From the NCBI GenBank assembly GCA_963708025.1, contig CAVPSB010000010.1, positions 128,001 through 192,000 on the forward strand: a DNA stretch of 64,000 nucleotides. The letters are read 5' to 3'. The stretch's first letter is position 1; each line of letters begins with the position of its first letter. The notes beneath the pieces were generated by a model. The model made no database searches, was not told the DNA's origin, and was given only the letters and a program-made list of their open reading frames with translations. This stretch comes from an uncultured Candidatus Rokubacteria bacterium. GTDB taxonomy: Bacteria; Methylomirabilota; Methylomirabilia; Rokubacteriales; DASRDR01. A program made the translations under genes and the position numbers. Positions 39,698-50,407 of this stretch are shown here, piece by piece.

Positions 39698-39765
39698 CCG
39701 AGCCGCGGCTTCGCCGCGGCCTCCGAGGGGGGGCATCGGGGGGTCTTCCGAGACCCCCCCGATAA
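39698..39765 (-). repeat. Family C element, reverse orientation, behind the lptFG stop
   Basis: Reverse complement reads tcgggggggtctcggaagaccccccgatgccccccctcgg..gccgcggcgaagccgcggc. Confidence 0.88.
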
Positions 39766-39769
39766 GCTC

Positions 39770-42118
39770 TCAGGTCCGGGCGCGGAGGTACAGGAAGAGC
39801 CCGAGCGACGCGAACAGGAAGTTGGCCGACCACGCCGCCACGATCGGGGGCAGCACGTCCGTCCGAGCCAGCGCCACCGCCGCCGAGTGGACGACGAAGT
39901 AGGCGAGCCCCAGCGCCAGACAGAGGGCGATGCCGATGATCCGGCCCCCGCGGGGCGACTGCAGGGCGAACGGGATCCCGACCAGCACCATGATCAGGTG
40001 CGCGAACGGATAGGACATCTTCGCGTAGAGGTCCACCAGGTACTTGCCGACCTTGTGGCCCCCCTCCTGCAGCCGGCTGATATACTCCCGTAGCTCGATG
40101 TAGTTCATCACGTCCGGCGCCTTCGGGACCTGGGCGAAGTCGGCGAAGCGCTCGGGGAGCCGCAGGGGCTGCTCCCGGTACCCCTGGACCCGGTCGGGCT
40201 GGCCGCGCTCGAACTCGCGGAGGACGCCGTCCCGTAGCTCCCAGGTCTGGTCCGACTCCCGCCAGCGCATGACACGGGAATCCCACCGGCGGTGGATGCC
40301 GAAGTCCCGATCCAGCTCGAGGACCGACGTCCCACTCATCTCCTGGTTGGCCGGGTCGAGCAGTTCGATGTGGTAGATGCGGCTCTCGCTGGCCCCGCCC
40401 TCCTTGCCGCGGTACCAGATCTGGCTCCGCTTCTGGAGGTGCGGGAGGGTGCGTCGTTTGATCTTGCTCTCGTCGACCTCGGTGCCCTTCTGGTTCAGCA
40501 CCGGCAACAGGATCTCCTGGAAGGACAGGGCGGCCACCGTCACGATGGCCGCCAGGCCGAACACCGGCAGGCTCACCCGGTAGAGACTGATCCCGCAAGC
40601 CTTCAGGGCGGTCAGCTCGTTGCTTCGGGAGAGGTTGAGGAACAGGAGGATCGTGCTCATGAGCACCACGATGTGGAGCCCCTGGTAGACGAACGGCGGC
40701 GTGCGATAGATGAAGTGCTCGATGATGTACCACACTGGGGGCTTTTGCCGGATGTACCGGTCGAGGGTGGTCATGAGGTCGCCGACGATCACCACCACCG
40801 TGGCTAGCGCAAGGCCGTAGACGAAGAAGGTCAGGAACTCGCGGGAGAGATAGCGGTCCACGATGTGGAGGGCGTTGCTCCGGGCGACCCGACGCAGCCG
40901 TCGGCGCAGGCGGCGGCCGCTCGCGCGGTGTGCCGGTCGCTGGAAGCGGAGCCGGCGCACGGCGCGGGCGGCGGCGGCGAACATCTGCTGCCGGGCGGCG
41001 ACGAAGGGCAGCGGCCGCTCCTTGACGTTGGCCCACAGAAGATACAGGCCGAGGGCCCCGACCACCACGTTGGGCGTCCACATCGCGGCCCACGCCGGGA
41101 TCCGGCGGGCGTCGCCGAGCGTCTCGCCCACCGTCAGGAAGATGTAGTAGAAGAGGACGACCGGGAGCAGCACCACGAAGGCGGCCCAGCGGCCGCCGCG
41201 GTGGGCGCGGATGCCGAGCGGCACGCCCACGATGGCGAAGACGAGACAGGCCGACGGGATGGCGTACTTCTTGTGGATCTCGACCAGGTACGGGGCGGAG
41301 TTGGCGCCGACGGCGCCGGCCCGGGCGGCGTTCTCGTGGAGCTCGGTCAGCGACATCTCCCGGTCGCCCTTGGGGGCGTCGCCCGACTTGACCAGCGGGT
41401 TCTCCAGCGTCAGCGTGAGGTCGTAGAGCCGGAACATCACCTGCCGGTATTTCTGCAGGGTGCGGGGACCGGTCTCGTGGACGGTGCCGTTGACGAGGCG
41501 GAGCGTCACCCGCCGGTTGACCTCGTCGGACAGGAGGCGGCCTTCCTTGGCGGTGATCAGCCGGATCCCGTCGGGGTTGCGCTCGTCGGCCACGAAGACG
41601 TTCCGGAGACCGATCTGATCGGGCGCCATCTCCTCGATGTAGATGACGAAGTTCCCGAAGGTGTCGTTGAAGATGCGCTCCTTGAGGCCGACCGAGGCCT
41701 GGGTGCGGAGGATGTCGAAGACGAGGGATTTGAACGCGTAGTTGGCGCGGGGGACCGCCTCGATCATGAGCCAGCCGGTCAGGACGCCGGTGGCGGCGGC
41801 GAAGACCAGGACCGGGCGGAGCAGGCGGAGCGGGCTCACTCCCGACGCCTTGAGGGCCACGATCTCCATGTCGGCCGACAGGCGTCCGAACGCCACCAGG
41901 ATGGCCAGCAGGAAGCCGATCGGGATGGTGAGGACGAGGAAGGCCGGCAGGATGTAGGCGAGCAGCAGGGCCACCAGGTACACCGGCACGCCCTTGTTGA
42001 TGATGAGGTCGGTGAGGTCGAAGATCTTGTCGAGGAGCAGCAGGAAGGTGAAGACGAAGATTCCGAGGACGAACGGGAACAGAAGCTCCTTCCACACGTA
42101 GCGGTCGATGATCTTCAC
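39770..42118 (-). CDS. Fused LptF-LptG LPS export permease
   Basis: Two YjgP/YjgQ repeats: IIDRY...GRLSADMEIVALKASGVS and IVDRYL...LSRSNELTALKACGIS. Confidence 0.9.
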   Translation of the reverse strand: MKIIDRYVWKELLFPFVLGIFVFTFLLLLDKIFDLTDLIINKGVPVYLVALLLAYILPAFLVLTIPIGFLLAILVAFGRLSADMEIVALKASGVSPLRLLRPVLVFAAATGVLTGWLMIEAVPRANYAFKSLVFDILRTQASVGLKERIFNDTFGNFVIYIEEMAPDQIGLRNVFVADERNPDGIRLITAKEGRLLSDEVNRRVTLRLVNGTVHETGPRTLQKYRQVMFRLYDLTLTLENPLVKSGDAPKGDREMSLTELHENAARAGAVGANSAPYLVEIHKKYAIPSACLVFAIVGVPLGIRAHRGGRWAAFVVLLPVVLFYYIFLTVGETLGDARRIPAWAAMWTPNVVVGALGLYLLWANVKERPLPFVAARQQMFAAAARAVRRLRFQRPAHRASGRRLRRRLRRVARSNALHIVDRYLSREFLTFFVYGLALATVVVIVGDLMTTLDRYIRQKPPVWYIIEHFIYRTPPFVYQGLHIVVLMSTILLFLNLSRSNELTALKACGISLYRVSLPVFGLAAIVTVAALSFQEILLPVLNQKGTEVDESKIKRRTLPHLQKRSQIWYRGKEGGASESRIYHIELLDPANQEMSGTSVLELDRDFGIHRRWDSRVMRWRESDQTWELRDGVLREFERGQPDRVQGYREQPLRLPERFADFAQVPKAPDVMNYIELREYISRLQEGGHKVGKYLVDLYAKMSYPFAHLIMVLVGIPFALQSPRGGRIIGIALCLALGLAYFVVHSAAVALARTDVLPPIVAAWSANFLFASLGLFLYLRART

Positions 42119-42219
42119 GCGGCGTCCTCGGTGGTCATTCTAGCAGGCGCCGCGTGCCGATCGGCCACCGGATCGCCCCCCGGCACCCGCGTCCGGAGCG
42201 GAATGCTACAATGACCCCC

Positions 42220-44910
42220 ATGTCGGATGCGTCCACCCCCGACCGCTCCGAGCCGGGCAGCGCCGCCCCGGCGGTCGCGCTGCCCGACCGCTACGACCCG
42301 CGCCAGGCCGAGGAGCGCTGGTACCGGGTCTGGGAGGAGCGGGGCTACTTCCGGGCCGACCCCTTCTCGAAGGCGAAGCCCTACTGCATCGTCATCCCGC
42401 CCCCCAACGTCACCGGCTCGCTCCACGTTGGCCACGCCCTGGACATCACGCTCCAGGACATCCTGATCCGCTGGAAGCGGATGGACGGCTTCAACACCCT
42501 CTGGCAGCCGGGAACGGACCACGCCGGGATCGCCACCCAGGTGGTGGTCGAGCGGCAGCTGGTGGCCGAGGGGACCACCCGGGAGGCGCTCGGACGCGAG
42601 GCCTTCGTCAAGCGGGTCTGGCAGTGGAAGGAGCAGTCCGGCGGCACCATCGTCCGACAGCTCAAGCGGCTCGGCGCCTCGTGCGACTGGGAGCGGGAGC
42701 GCTTCACGATGGACCCGGGCCTCTCGGCGGCGGTCCGCGAGGTCTTCGTGCGGCTGTGGGAGGACGGGCTGATCTACCGGGGCGACTACATCGTCAACTG
42801 GTGCCCCCGGTGCCGGACGGTCCTCTCCAACGAGGAGGTCGAGCACGAGGAGCGGGACGCCGAGCTCTACTACATCAAGTACGGCCCCCTCACCCTGGCC
42901 ACGGTGCGGCCCGAGACCAAGCTCGGCGACACCGCCCTGGCCGTGCACCCGAAGGATCGGCGCTACGCCCGGTACGTGGGACAGACCCTGACCATCCCCT
43001 CGGTCGAGGGCACGATCGAGATGAAGGTCGTGGCCGACGCGGCGGTGGACCCGAAGTTCGGCACCGGGGTGATCAAGGTGACGCCGGGCCACGACCCCGT
43101 TGACTTCGAGATCGGCCGCCGCCACGGGCTCGAGGTGCGGCAGGTGATCGACGTCGACGCCCGGATGAACGAGCGGGCGGGGAAGTACCGCGGGCTCGAT
43201 CGCTTCGAGGCCCGGCGGACGATCGTCGAGGACATGCGGGGGCTCGGCCTGATCGAGAAGGTGGAGCCGTACCGGCACCGGGTCGGCGTCTGCTACCGCT
43301 GTAAGACCGTGGTGGAGCCGCTCGTCTCCAAGCAGTGGTACGTCCGCACGAAGCCCCTGGCCGAGCCCGCGATCGCCGCCGTGCGCCAGGGCCGGACGCG
43401 GATCGTCCCCCGGCAGTGGACCAAGACGTATCACGCCTGGATGGGGAACATCCGCGACTGGTGCATCTCGCGCCAGCTCTGGTGGGGGCACCGGCTCCCG
43501 GTCTGGTACTGCGACGCCGACGGGAGCGTGCACGTCTCCCGCGAGGACCCCACCGAGTGTCCGCAGTGCCACGGCCCGCTCCGCCAGGACGAGGACGTCC
43601 TCGACACCTGGTTCTCGTCGGCCCTGTGGCCGTTCTCCACGCTCGGCTGGCCCCGCGAGACGCCGGAGCTGAAGACGTTCTATCCGACCTCGTGCCTGGT
43701 GACCGGCTTCGACATCCTCTTCTTCTGGGTGGCCCGCATGATGATGATGGGCCTCCGCTTCATGGGGGAGGTCCCGTTCCGCGACGTGTACATCCACGCC
43801 CTGGTGCGGGACATCGAAGGCCAGAAGATGTCGAAGTCCCGGGGGAACGTGGTCGATCCGCTGGAAGTCATGGAGCAGTACGGGACCGACGCCCTGCGCT
43901 TCACGCTGGCCGCGCTCGCCGCCCAGGGCCGGGACATCCGCCTGTCCGGCGAGCGGGTCGAGGGCTACCGGAACTTCGCCAACAAGATCTGGAATGCCGC
44001 TCGGTTCGTCCTCGCCAACCTCGGCGACTACCGGCCGCGCGCCCGCAAGGCCGCGCCGACGCTGGCCGACCGGTGGATCCTGAGCCGGCTGGCGCGGACG
44101 ATCTCCGACGTGCAGCGGGCCCTGAAGGCCTATCGATTCAACGAGGCGGCCGGCGCGCTCTACCAGTTCCTCTGGCACGACTACTGCGACTGGTACCTCG
44201 AGTGGTCCAAGCTGACGCTCTATCGCGGTGACGACCCCGCCGCCCGGGCTCGGACCCAGGCGACCCTCCTGGAGGTGCTGGAGATTACCCTCCGGCTCCT
44301 GCACCCCTTCATGCCCTTCATCACCGAGGAGATCTGGCAGAAGCTGCCGAAGGGGCGGGGGGCGCCCGACAGCATCATGGCCGCCCGCTTCCCGCGGCGG
44401 CGACGGATGGACCCGACCGCCGAGGCGGAGTTCGGCCCGATCATCGACGCGGTCACGAAGATCCGGAACATCCGCAGCGAGATGCAGATCCCACCCGCGC
44501 GGCCGCTGACCGCGCTGATCCGGCCGCGGACGGCGGCGCTGGAGGGTATCTTACAAAACTGCCTGGCGTCCATCGCCGCGCTCGCCCGGGCCGACCTGCG
44601 GGTGGACCGGGAGATCGTCCGCCCCACGAAATCGGCCATCGCCGTGAGCGAGGCGGGGGAGGTCTACGTTCCGCTCGAGGGCGTGATCGATGTCGGGGCC
44701 GAGCGTCGGCGGCTCGAGCGGGAGCTGGGCCGCGCCGAGGAGGAGCTGGGCCGGCTGGACGGCAAGCTCGGGCGCGCCGAGTTCCGCGAGCGGGCGCCGG
44801 CCGAGGTCGTGGCGCGGGAGGAGGCGCGGCGGGCCGAGCACGCGGCCCTGGCCGCCAGGCTCCGGGAGGCCCTGGGGCGGCTCGATGCGCTGGGCGAGTC
44901 TGGCGCCTGA
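42220..44910 (+). CDS. valS: Valine--tRNA ligase
   Basis: PPPNVTGSLHVGHA, GTDHAGIATQ, DWCISRQLWWGH, KMSKS, C-terminal coiled coil; TG-c-TACAAT at 42207-42212 favours a leaderless ATG 42220. Confidence 0.98.
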   Translation: MSDASTPDRSEPGSAAPAVALPDRYDPRQAEERWYRVWEERGYFRADPFSKAKPYCIVIPPPNVTGSLHVGHALDITLQDILIRWKRMDGFNTLWQPGTDHAGIATQVVVERQLVAEGTTREALGREAFVKRVWQWKEQSGGTIVRQLKRLGASCDWERERFTMDPGLSAAVREVFVRLWEDGLIYRGDYIVNWCPRCRTVLSNEEVEHEERDAELYYIKYGPLTLATVRPETKLGDTALAVHPKDRRYARYVGQTLTIPSVEGTIEMKVVADAAVDPKFGTGVIKVTPGHDPVDFEIGRRHGLEVRQVIDVDARMNERAGKYRGLDRFEARRTIVEDMRGLGLIEKVEPYRHRVGVCYRCKTVVEPLVSKQWYVRTKPLAEPAIAAVRQGRTRIVPRQWTKTYHAWMGNIRDWCISRQLWWGHRLPVWYCDADGSVHVSREDPTECPQCHGPLRQDEDVLDTWFSSALWPFSTLGWPRETPELKTFYPTSCLVTGFDILFFWVARMMMMGLRFMGEVPFRDVYIHALVRDIEGQKMSKSRGNVVDPLEVMEQYGTDALRFTLAALAAQGRDIRLSGERVEGYRNFANKIWNAARFVLANLGDYRPRARKAAPTLADRWILSRLARTISDVQRALKAYRFNEAAGALYQFLWHDYCDWYLEWSKLTLYRGDDPAARARTQATLLEVLEITLRLLHPFMPFITEEIWQKLPKGRGAPDSIMAARFPRRRRMDPTAEAEFGPIIDAVTKIRNIRSEMQIPPARPLTALIRPRTAALEGILQNCLASIAALARADLRVDREIVRPTKSAIAVSEAGEVYVPLEGVIDVGAERRRLERELGRAEEELGRLDGKLGRAEFRERAPAEVVAREEARRAEHAALAARLREALGRLDALGESGA

Positions 44911-45550
44911 CCTCGCCCCCGATCCCGAGCTGACGGCGGCCTTCGCCGGCTGCCTCCCCGGGGGGCGGCTGGCCGGGCCGCTCCTCGCCTTCGCCGCCGT
45001 CGACTCGACGCAGACCATCGGCCGCCGCCTCGCCGCCGAGGGCGCGCCGGAGGGGACGGTGATCGTCGCCGACGCCCAGCGGGCCGGGCGCGGGCAGCGG
45101 GGGCGGACCTGGACGGCGCCCCCCGGCGCCGGCCTGCTCGTCTCCTGTCTGCTGCGGCCGCCGCTCCCTCCGTCCCGCTGGCCCACGCTGACGCTGGTGG
45201 GGGCCGCCGCCGTGGTCGACGCGGTCCGCGACCTGACGGGCATCCCGGCCCGGCTCAAGTGGCCGAACGACGTCCTCGTGGAGGAGCGGAAGCTGGCCGG
45301 GGTGCTGGCCGAGAGCGTCGTGAGCCCGGCCCCTTTCATCGTGATGGGCCTCGGGGTCAACGTGGGGCAGCGGGCCGAGGCTTGGCCCCCGGAGCTCCGG
45401 GGCCGCGCCGTCTCCCTGGCCGAGCTCGGGCACCCGGTCCCTCGCGCCAATCTCCTGGCCGCCCTGCTGGCGCGGATCGAGACGCGGTACGAAGCCTACC
45501 TGGCGGGCGCCCCGGGCGATCGGCTCGCGGGGACACCCGGTCGCCGCTGA
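44885..45550 (+). CDS. birA: Biotin--protein ligase (catalytic domain only)
   Basis: VDSTQ, Q.AGRGQRGR.W, LKWPNDV, KLAGVL.E, GLGVNV. Confidence 0.9.
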   Translation: MRWASLAPDLAPDPELTAAFAGCLPGGRLAGPLLAFAAVDSTQTIGRRLAAEGAPEGTVIVADAQRAGRGQRGRTWTAPPGAGLLVSCLLRPPLPPSRWPTLTLVGAAAVVDAVRDLTGIPARLKWPNDVLVEERKLAGVLAESVVSPAPFIVMGLGVNVGQRAEAWPPELRGRAVSLAELGHPVPRANLLAALLARIETRYEAYLAGAPGDRLAGTPGRR

Positions 45551-46356
45551 TGCTCCTGGTGATCGACGTCGGCAACACCAACACCAAGCTCGGCGTCTAC
45601 GCGGGGCCGCGCCTGGTGGCCTCCTCGCGCCTCACCACGCGGCGGGAGCAGACGGCGGACGAGTACGGCGTCTATACCCAGACGCTCCTGCGGGACCGCG
45701 GGATCGATCCGGGCGACATCACCGGCGTCGCGCTCTCCTCCACGGTGCCCCGGGTGCAGGGGACCCTGGAGGAGATGGCGCTCCGGTACTTCCGGGTGAC
45801 CGCGCTGGTGGTCGAGCCGGGCGTGAACGTCCCTGTCCCGATCCTCGTCGACTACCCGCGCGAGGTGGGACCGGATCGGGTGGTGAAGGTGGTGGCGGCC
45901 GTCGAGCTGTACCGCCCGCCGCTCATCATCATCGACTTCGGCACCGCCACCGTCTTCGACTGCGTCTCCGCGCGCGGCGAGTTCATCGGGGGCGCGATCG
46001 CCCCGGGCATCGCGATCGCCAGCGAGGCGCTGACGTCGAGGGCGGCCCGGCTGTTCGGGGTCGAGCTGACGCGGCCGAAGGAGGCGATCGGCCGGAACAC
46101 CGTGACGAACATCCAGTCGGGCATCATCTACGGCTACGCGGGGCTCGTCGATGGCCTGGTCGACCGGATGCGGGTGGAGATGGGCGGAACCGTCACCGTG
46201 GTGGCGACCGGCGGGCTCGTCGGGCTGATCCAGCCGGTGGCCGCCTCGATCCAGATCGTGAACCCGCACCTCACCCTCGAGGGCCTGCGGCTCGTCTACG
46301 AGCGGGCCGCCCCGGCGAGCGGATCGCCGCCAGCGAGCGGGCCCCGCCCAGCTTGA
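45550..46356 (+). CDS. coaX: Type III pantothenate kinase
   Basis: IDVGNTN, EVG.DR, DFGTAT, GGAIAPG, VATGG, LTLEGL. Confidence 0.95.
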   Translation: MLLVIDVGNTNTKLGVYAGPRLVASSRLTTRREQTADEYGVYTQTLLRDRGIDPGDITGVALSSTVPRVQGTLEEMALRYFRVTALVVEPGVNVPVPILVDYPREVGPDRVVKVVAAVELYRPPLIIIDFGTATVFDCVSARGEFIGGAIAPGIAIASEALTSRAARLFGVELTRPKEAIGRNTVTNIQSGIIYGYAGLVDGLVDRMRVEMGGTVTVVATGGLVGLIQPVAASIQIVNPHLTLEGLRLVYERAAPASGSPPASGPRPA

Positions 46357-46382
46357 CACCGCGTGGGGGCGGCACCTATAAT
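46353..46382 (+). promoter_or_regulatory. Consensus sigma70 promoter of guaB-guaA
   Basis: TTGACA (46353-46358), 18 bp, TATAAT (46377-46382). Confidence 0.8.
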
Positions 46383-46536
46383 CTCCCAACATCTTGGGGG
46401 GTCGGGGCGGGGTGATCCCAACCGGTAGCGGAGCAGGCCGGAGCGTGGTGGGCCGAGGACGGAGCCGCCCTGGGACTCGGGTGGGACGACGGGATGCGAC
46501 GGCCATCGGCCCGGCGGCCTGAGGAGGACTGAGGGC

Positions 46537-47697
46537 ATGGGGATGTGGATCGGTCGCGGCCGCAAAGCCCGGATCGCGTACGGGTTCGACGACATCGCCC
46601 TCGTCCCGGGGACCGTCACGGTCAACCCGAGCGAGGTTGACGTGTCCTGGGAACTGAGCGGCCGGCGGATCGAGCTGCCGATCATCGCGGCGGCGATGGA
46701 CGGGGTGGGGGATCCGCGCTTCGCGGTCGAGATGGGCCGGCTAGGCGGGCTGGCCGTGCTGAACCTCGAAGGCATCCAGACCCGGTACGAGAACCCCGAG
46801 GAGGTCGTCGAGCGGATCGTCTCCTCCAGCCAGGAGGAGGCCACGCGCATCATCCAGTCGATCTACGGGGAGCCGATCAAGGAAGAGCTGGTCCACCGCC
46901 GCGTGAGCGAGATCAAGAAAGGCGGCGGCGCCGTCGTCGTCTCCGTGATTCCCCAGCGTGCGATGCGGTTCGCCAAGCTCGCCGAGGAGGCGGGGGCCGA
47001 TTTCTTCATCGTCCAGTCCACGGTCGCCACCGCCCGGCACCTCGCCACCGAGTACGAGCCGCTGGATTTCCGGAAGCTCAAGCGCGAGCTGACGGTGCCG
47101 CTCATCGTCGGCAACTGCGTCACCTACGAGGCGACGCTCGAGTTGATGCAGACCGGCGTGGATGCCCTGCTGATCGGGGTCGGTCCCGGGGCGGCCTGCA
47201 CGACCCGGGAGGTGCTGGGGCTGGGCGTGCCCCAGGTGACCGCGACCGCCGACTCGGCGGCGGCCCGTGACTTTTACTGGAAGCAGTCCGGCCGCTACGT
47301 CCCGATCATCACCGATGGCGGCATGACCACCGGCGGCGACATCTGCAAGGCCCTGGCGGCCGGCGCCGATGCCGTGATGATCGGCTCGGCGTTCGCCCGG
47401 GCGCTGGAGGCGCCGGGGCGCGGCTATCACTGGGGCATGGCCACGCCGCACTCCAACCTGCCGCGGGGGACCCGGATCCGGGTGGGCGTGGTGGGGCCGC
47501 TCGAGCAGATCCTGTTCGGGCCGGCCTTCACCGACGACGGCACCATGAACCTGATCGGGGCGCTCCGGACCTGCATGGGGTCGGTCGGGGCGCGCACGAT
47601 CCGGGAGTTCCAGCTCACCGAGCTGATCCTCGCCCCCACGATCAAGACCGAGGGCAAGGTGTTCCAGAAGGCGCAGCGCATCGGCATGGGCAAATAG
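46537..47697 (+). CDS. IMP dehydrogenase family protein, GuaB3 type (no CBS pair)
   Basis: [53 protein letters not shown]. Confidence 0.88.
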   Translation: MGMWIGRGRKARIAYGFDDIALVPGTVTVNPSEVDVSWELSGRRIELPIIAAAMDGVGDPRFAVEMGRLGGLAVLNLEGIQTRYENPEEVVERIVSSSQEEATRIIQSIYGEPIKEELVHRRVSEIKKGGGAVVVSVIPQRAMRFAKLAEEAGADFFIVQSTVATARHLATEYEPLDFRKLKRELTVPLIVGNCVTYEATLELMQTGVDALLIGVGPGAACTTREVLGLGVPQVTATADSAAARDFYWKQSGRYVPIITDGGMTTGGDICKALAAGADAVMIGSAFARALEAPGRGYHWGMATPHSNLPRGTRIRVGVVGPLEQILFGPAFTDDGTMNLIGALRTCMGSVGARTIREFQLTELILAPTIKTEGKVFQKAQRIGMGK

Positions 47698-47745
47698 GAG
47701 GCGCGGCGGGCTCCGCGGCCGGGCCCATCGAAATGGAGATCCGGG

Positions 47746-49284
47746 ATGGATAAGGTCGCGGTCGTCGACTACGGGTCCCAGTACACCCAGCTCATCGCGC
47801 GCCGGATCCGCGAGGCGCACGTCTACTCCGAGATCTTCCCCCCCACCGTCCCTCTCGAGCGGCTCCGCCAGTACCAGGCGGTCGTGCTCTCCGGCGGACC
47901 GGCCAGCGTCTACGACGACGGCGCGCCGCTCCCGCCCCCCGCGCTGTTCGAGGCCGGCCTCCCCGTCCTCGGCATCTGCTACGGCATGCAGGCCATGGCC
48001 CGCGTGCTGGGGGGCGTCGTCGAGCCCACCCCCCATCGCGAGTACGGGCGGGCCGAGGTCCGGCTCGAAGCGCCCGACCCCCTGTTCGAGGGCGTCGCGC
48101 CGGACGCGGCGGGGGGCCTCACCGTCTGGATGAGCCACGGCGACACGGTGCTGGCGGCGCCACCGGGATTCACGCGGCTCGCCAGCACGGCGAACAGCCC
48201 GGTGGCCGCGATGGCGCACCCCCGGCGCCGGCTGCTCGCGGTCCAGTTCCATCCCGAGGTGGCGCACACGCCGCAGGGCCCCCGCATCCTCCGGAACTTC
48301 CTCTTCCGGGTCGCCGGGCTCACCCCGGGCTGGAGCATGGCTTCCTTCGTGGACGAGGCGGTGGCCCAGATCCGGCGCCAGGTCGGGGACGAGCGTGTGC
48401 TCTGCGCGCTGTCCGGTGGCGTCGACTCCGCGGTGGCGGCCGCGCTCGTGCACCGGGCGGTGGGCGATCGGCTCACCTGCGTCTTCGTGGACAACGGGCT
48501 CCTGCGCAAGGGCGAGGGGGAGTCGGTCCGCCGTACCTTCCGCGAGCACTTCCGGATGAACCTGGTCTACGTGGACGCCGCCGGCCGCTTTCTCGAGCGG
48601 CTCCACGGCGTCACCGACCCCGAGCAGAAGCGCAAGCTGATCGGGGCCGAGTTCATCGCCGTCTTCCAGGGCGAAGCCCGGCGCCTCGGCACCGTTCCGT
48701 TCCTGGTCCAGGGCACCCTCTATCCCGACGTGATCGAGTCCGTCTCCTTCCGGGGGCCGTCGGCGACGATCAAGACCCACCACAACGTCGGCGGCCTGCC
48801 CGCGGACCTCGGCTTCACGCTGGTGGAGCCGTTGCGGGAGCTGTTCAAGGACGAGGTCCGGGAGGTCGGGAGCCTCCTCGGCCTGCCGCGGGAGGTCGTG
48901 TGGCGCCAGCCGTTCCCGGGGCCGGGGCTAGCGGTCCGGATCCTCGGCGAGGTGACGGAAGATCGGCTGGCCCTCGTCCGCGACGCCGACGCCATCGTTC
49001 AGGAGGAGATCGACGCGGCCGGGCTGGGGCGCGAGCTGTGGCAGGCCTTCGCCGTGCTGCTCCCGGTGCGGACCGTCGGCGTCATGGGCGACTTCCGCAC
49101 GTATGCCCAGGTCATCGCGCTCCGGGCGGTGGTGAGCCAGGACGCGATGACGGCCGACTGGGCCCGGCTGCCCTACGAACTGCTGGCGGCGATCTCCACC
49201 CGGATCATCAACGAGGTCAAGGGGGTCAATCGGGTCGTCTACGACGTCTCGTCGAAGCCGCCCAGCACGATCGAGTGGGAGTAG
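47746..49284 (+). CDS. guaA: GMP synthase
   Basis: [48 protein letters not shown]. Confidence 0.98.
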   Translation: MDKVAVVDYGSQYTQLIARRIREAHVYSEIFPPTVPLERLRQYQAVVLSGGPASVYDDGAPLPPPALFEAGLPVLGICYGMQAMARVLGGVVEPTPHREYGRAEVRLEAPDPLFEGVAPDAAGGLTVWMSHGDTVLAAPPGFTRLASTANSPVAAMAHPRRRLLAVQFHPEVAHTPQGPRILRNFLFRVAGLTPGWSMASFVDEAVAQIRRQVGDERVLCALSGGVDSAVAAALVHRAVGDRLTCVFVDNGLLRKGEGESVRRTFREHFRMNLVYVDAAGRFLERLHGVTDPEQKRKLIGAEFIAVFQGEARRLGTVPFLVQGTLYPDVIESVSFRGPSATIKTHHNVGGLPADLGFTLVEPLRELFKDEVREVGSLLGLPREVVWRQPFPGPGLAVRILGEVTEDRLALVRDADAIVQEEIDAAGLGRELWQAFAVLLPVRTVGVMGDFRTYAQVIALRAVVSQDAMTADWARLPYELLAAISTRIINEVKGVNRVVYDVSSKPPSTIEWE

Positions 49285-49311
49285 GGGGTCCGTTCGGAGG
49301 GAGGACGGCTG

Positions 49312-50284
49312 ATGAGTAAGCTCGTCTTCGCGGCGGTCGTGCTCGTGGTCGGGCTCGGGCTGTACGGCGCGCTCCGGCGCCAGGCTGACCGGCTGCCGGC
49401 CGGCCTCCGCTCGCTCGGTCCGGGGCTGGTCCTGGTGCTCGCGATCGGGATCCCGGCCGCCATCCTGGCCTTCTCAGTGTTACGAATCATCCCGGCCGGC
49501 CAGGTCGGCGTGAAGGTCCTGTTCGGCCAGGTCGAAACCGTCCCCCTCCGGGAGGGGCTCAACCTGCTGTGGAACCCCCTCTACGACATCGTCACCATGG
49601 ACACCCGGGTCGGCCGCCACACGGCGAAGTACGACGCCGCCTCGAAGGACCTCCAGGCGGTTCACGTGGAGATGGTGCTCAACTACCGCCTCATTCCCGA
49701 GCGGGCGCCCGAGGTCTATCGCGGCATCGGGCTCGGTTACTCGTCGGTCATCATCGACCCGGCGGCCCAGGAGGTGCTGAAGGCCAACACGGCCATCCAT
49801 AACGCCGCCGAGATCCTGCTCAAGCGGCCGGCGATCAAGGCCGACATCCAGCGGGACCTGACGGTCTGGCTCGCCAAGTACGGCATCGAGTTGAAGGAGG
49901 CCGCCCTCGCCAACATCCGATTCGACCCCAATTACGAGAAGCGCGATCGAGGCCAAGCAGATCGAGGAGCAGAAGGCCGAGCAGAAGCGCTACGAGCTGA
50001 TCCAGGCCCAGCGCCAGGCCGAGATCGTGGCGGCCGAGGCCAAGGGCAAGGGGGACGCCGCGCGCGAGGAGGCCCGGGGCGTGGCCGAGGCCCTCCGGCT
50101 CAAGGGCGAGGCGGAGGCCACCTACAACGCGAAGGTCTCCTCGTCGCTGACCCCGGTCCTCATCCAGCAGCAGTACCTCGCGCGCTGGGACGGCCGGCTC
50201 CCGCAGTATAGCCTCGGCGGCAACGTCGTCCCGTTCCTCTCGATACCGGGGGGACCGGGCGAGCCGCGTCGCCCGGGCTCGTGA
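49312..50284 (+). pseudogene. SPFH/prohibitin family protein with a frameshift near 49942 (pseudogene or sequence error)
   Basis: IIPAGQVGV..LFG.V, AASKDLQ.V; removing one C after YEK restores AIEAKQIEEQKAEQ...WDGRLPQ. Confidence 0.82.
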
Positions 50285-50407
50285 CGGTCCGGCGCGGCCG
50301 CGACGGCGCCGGGTCCGGACCACGGACCGCCTCGCGCCGCCACCTGGGGCGGAGCGCCTCGGTCACGACGCCGGCGAGGGAATGACGGGCGGGGAAGGAG
50401 GCGGCAC

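Noticed and set aside
46377-46440. Purine riboswitch (UAUAAU followed by a hairpin)
   Set aside because: TATAAT is the -10 box; the conserved loop-loop and UUUCUAC junction sequences are absent
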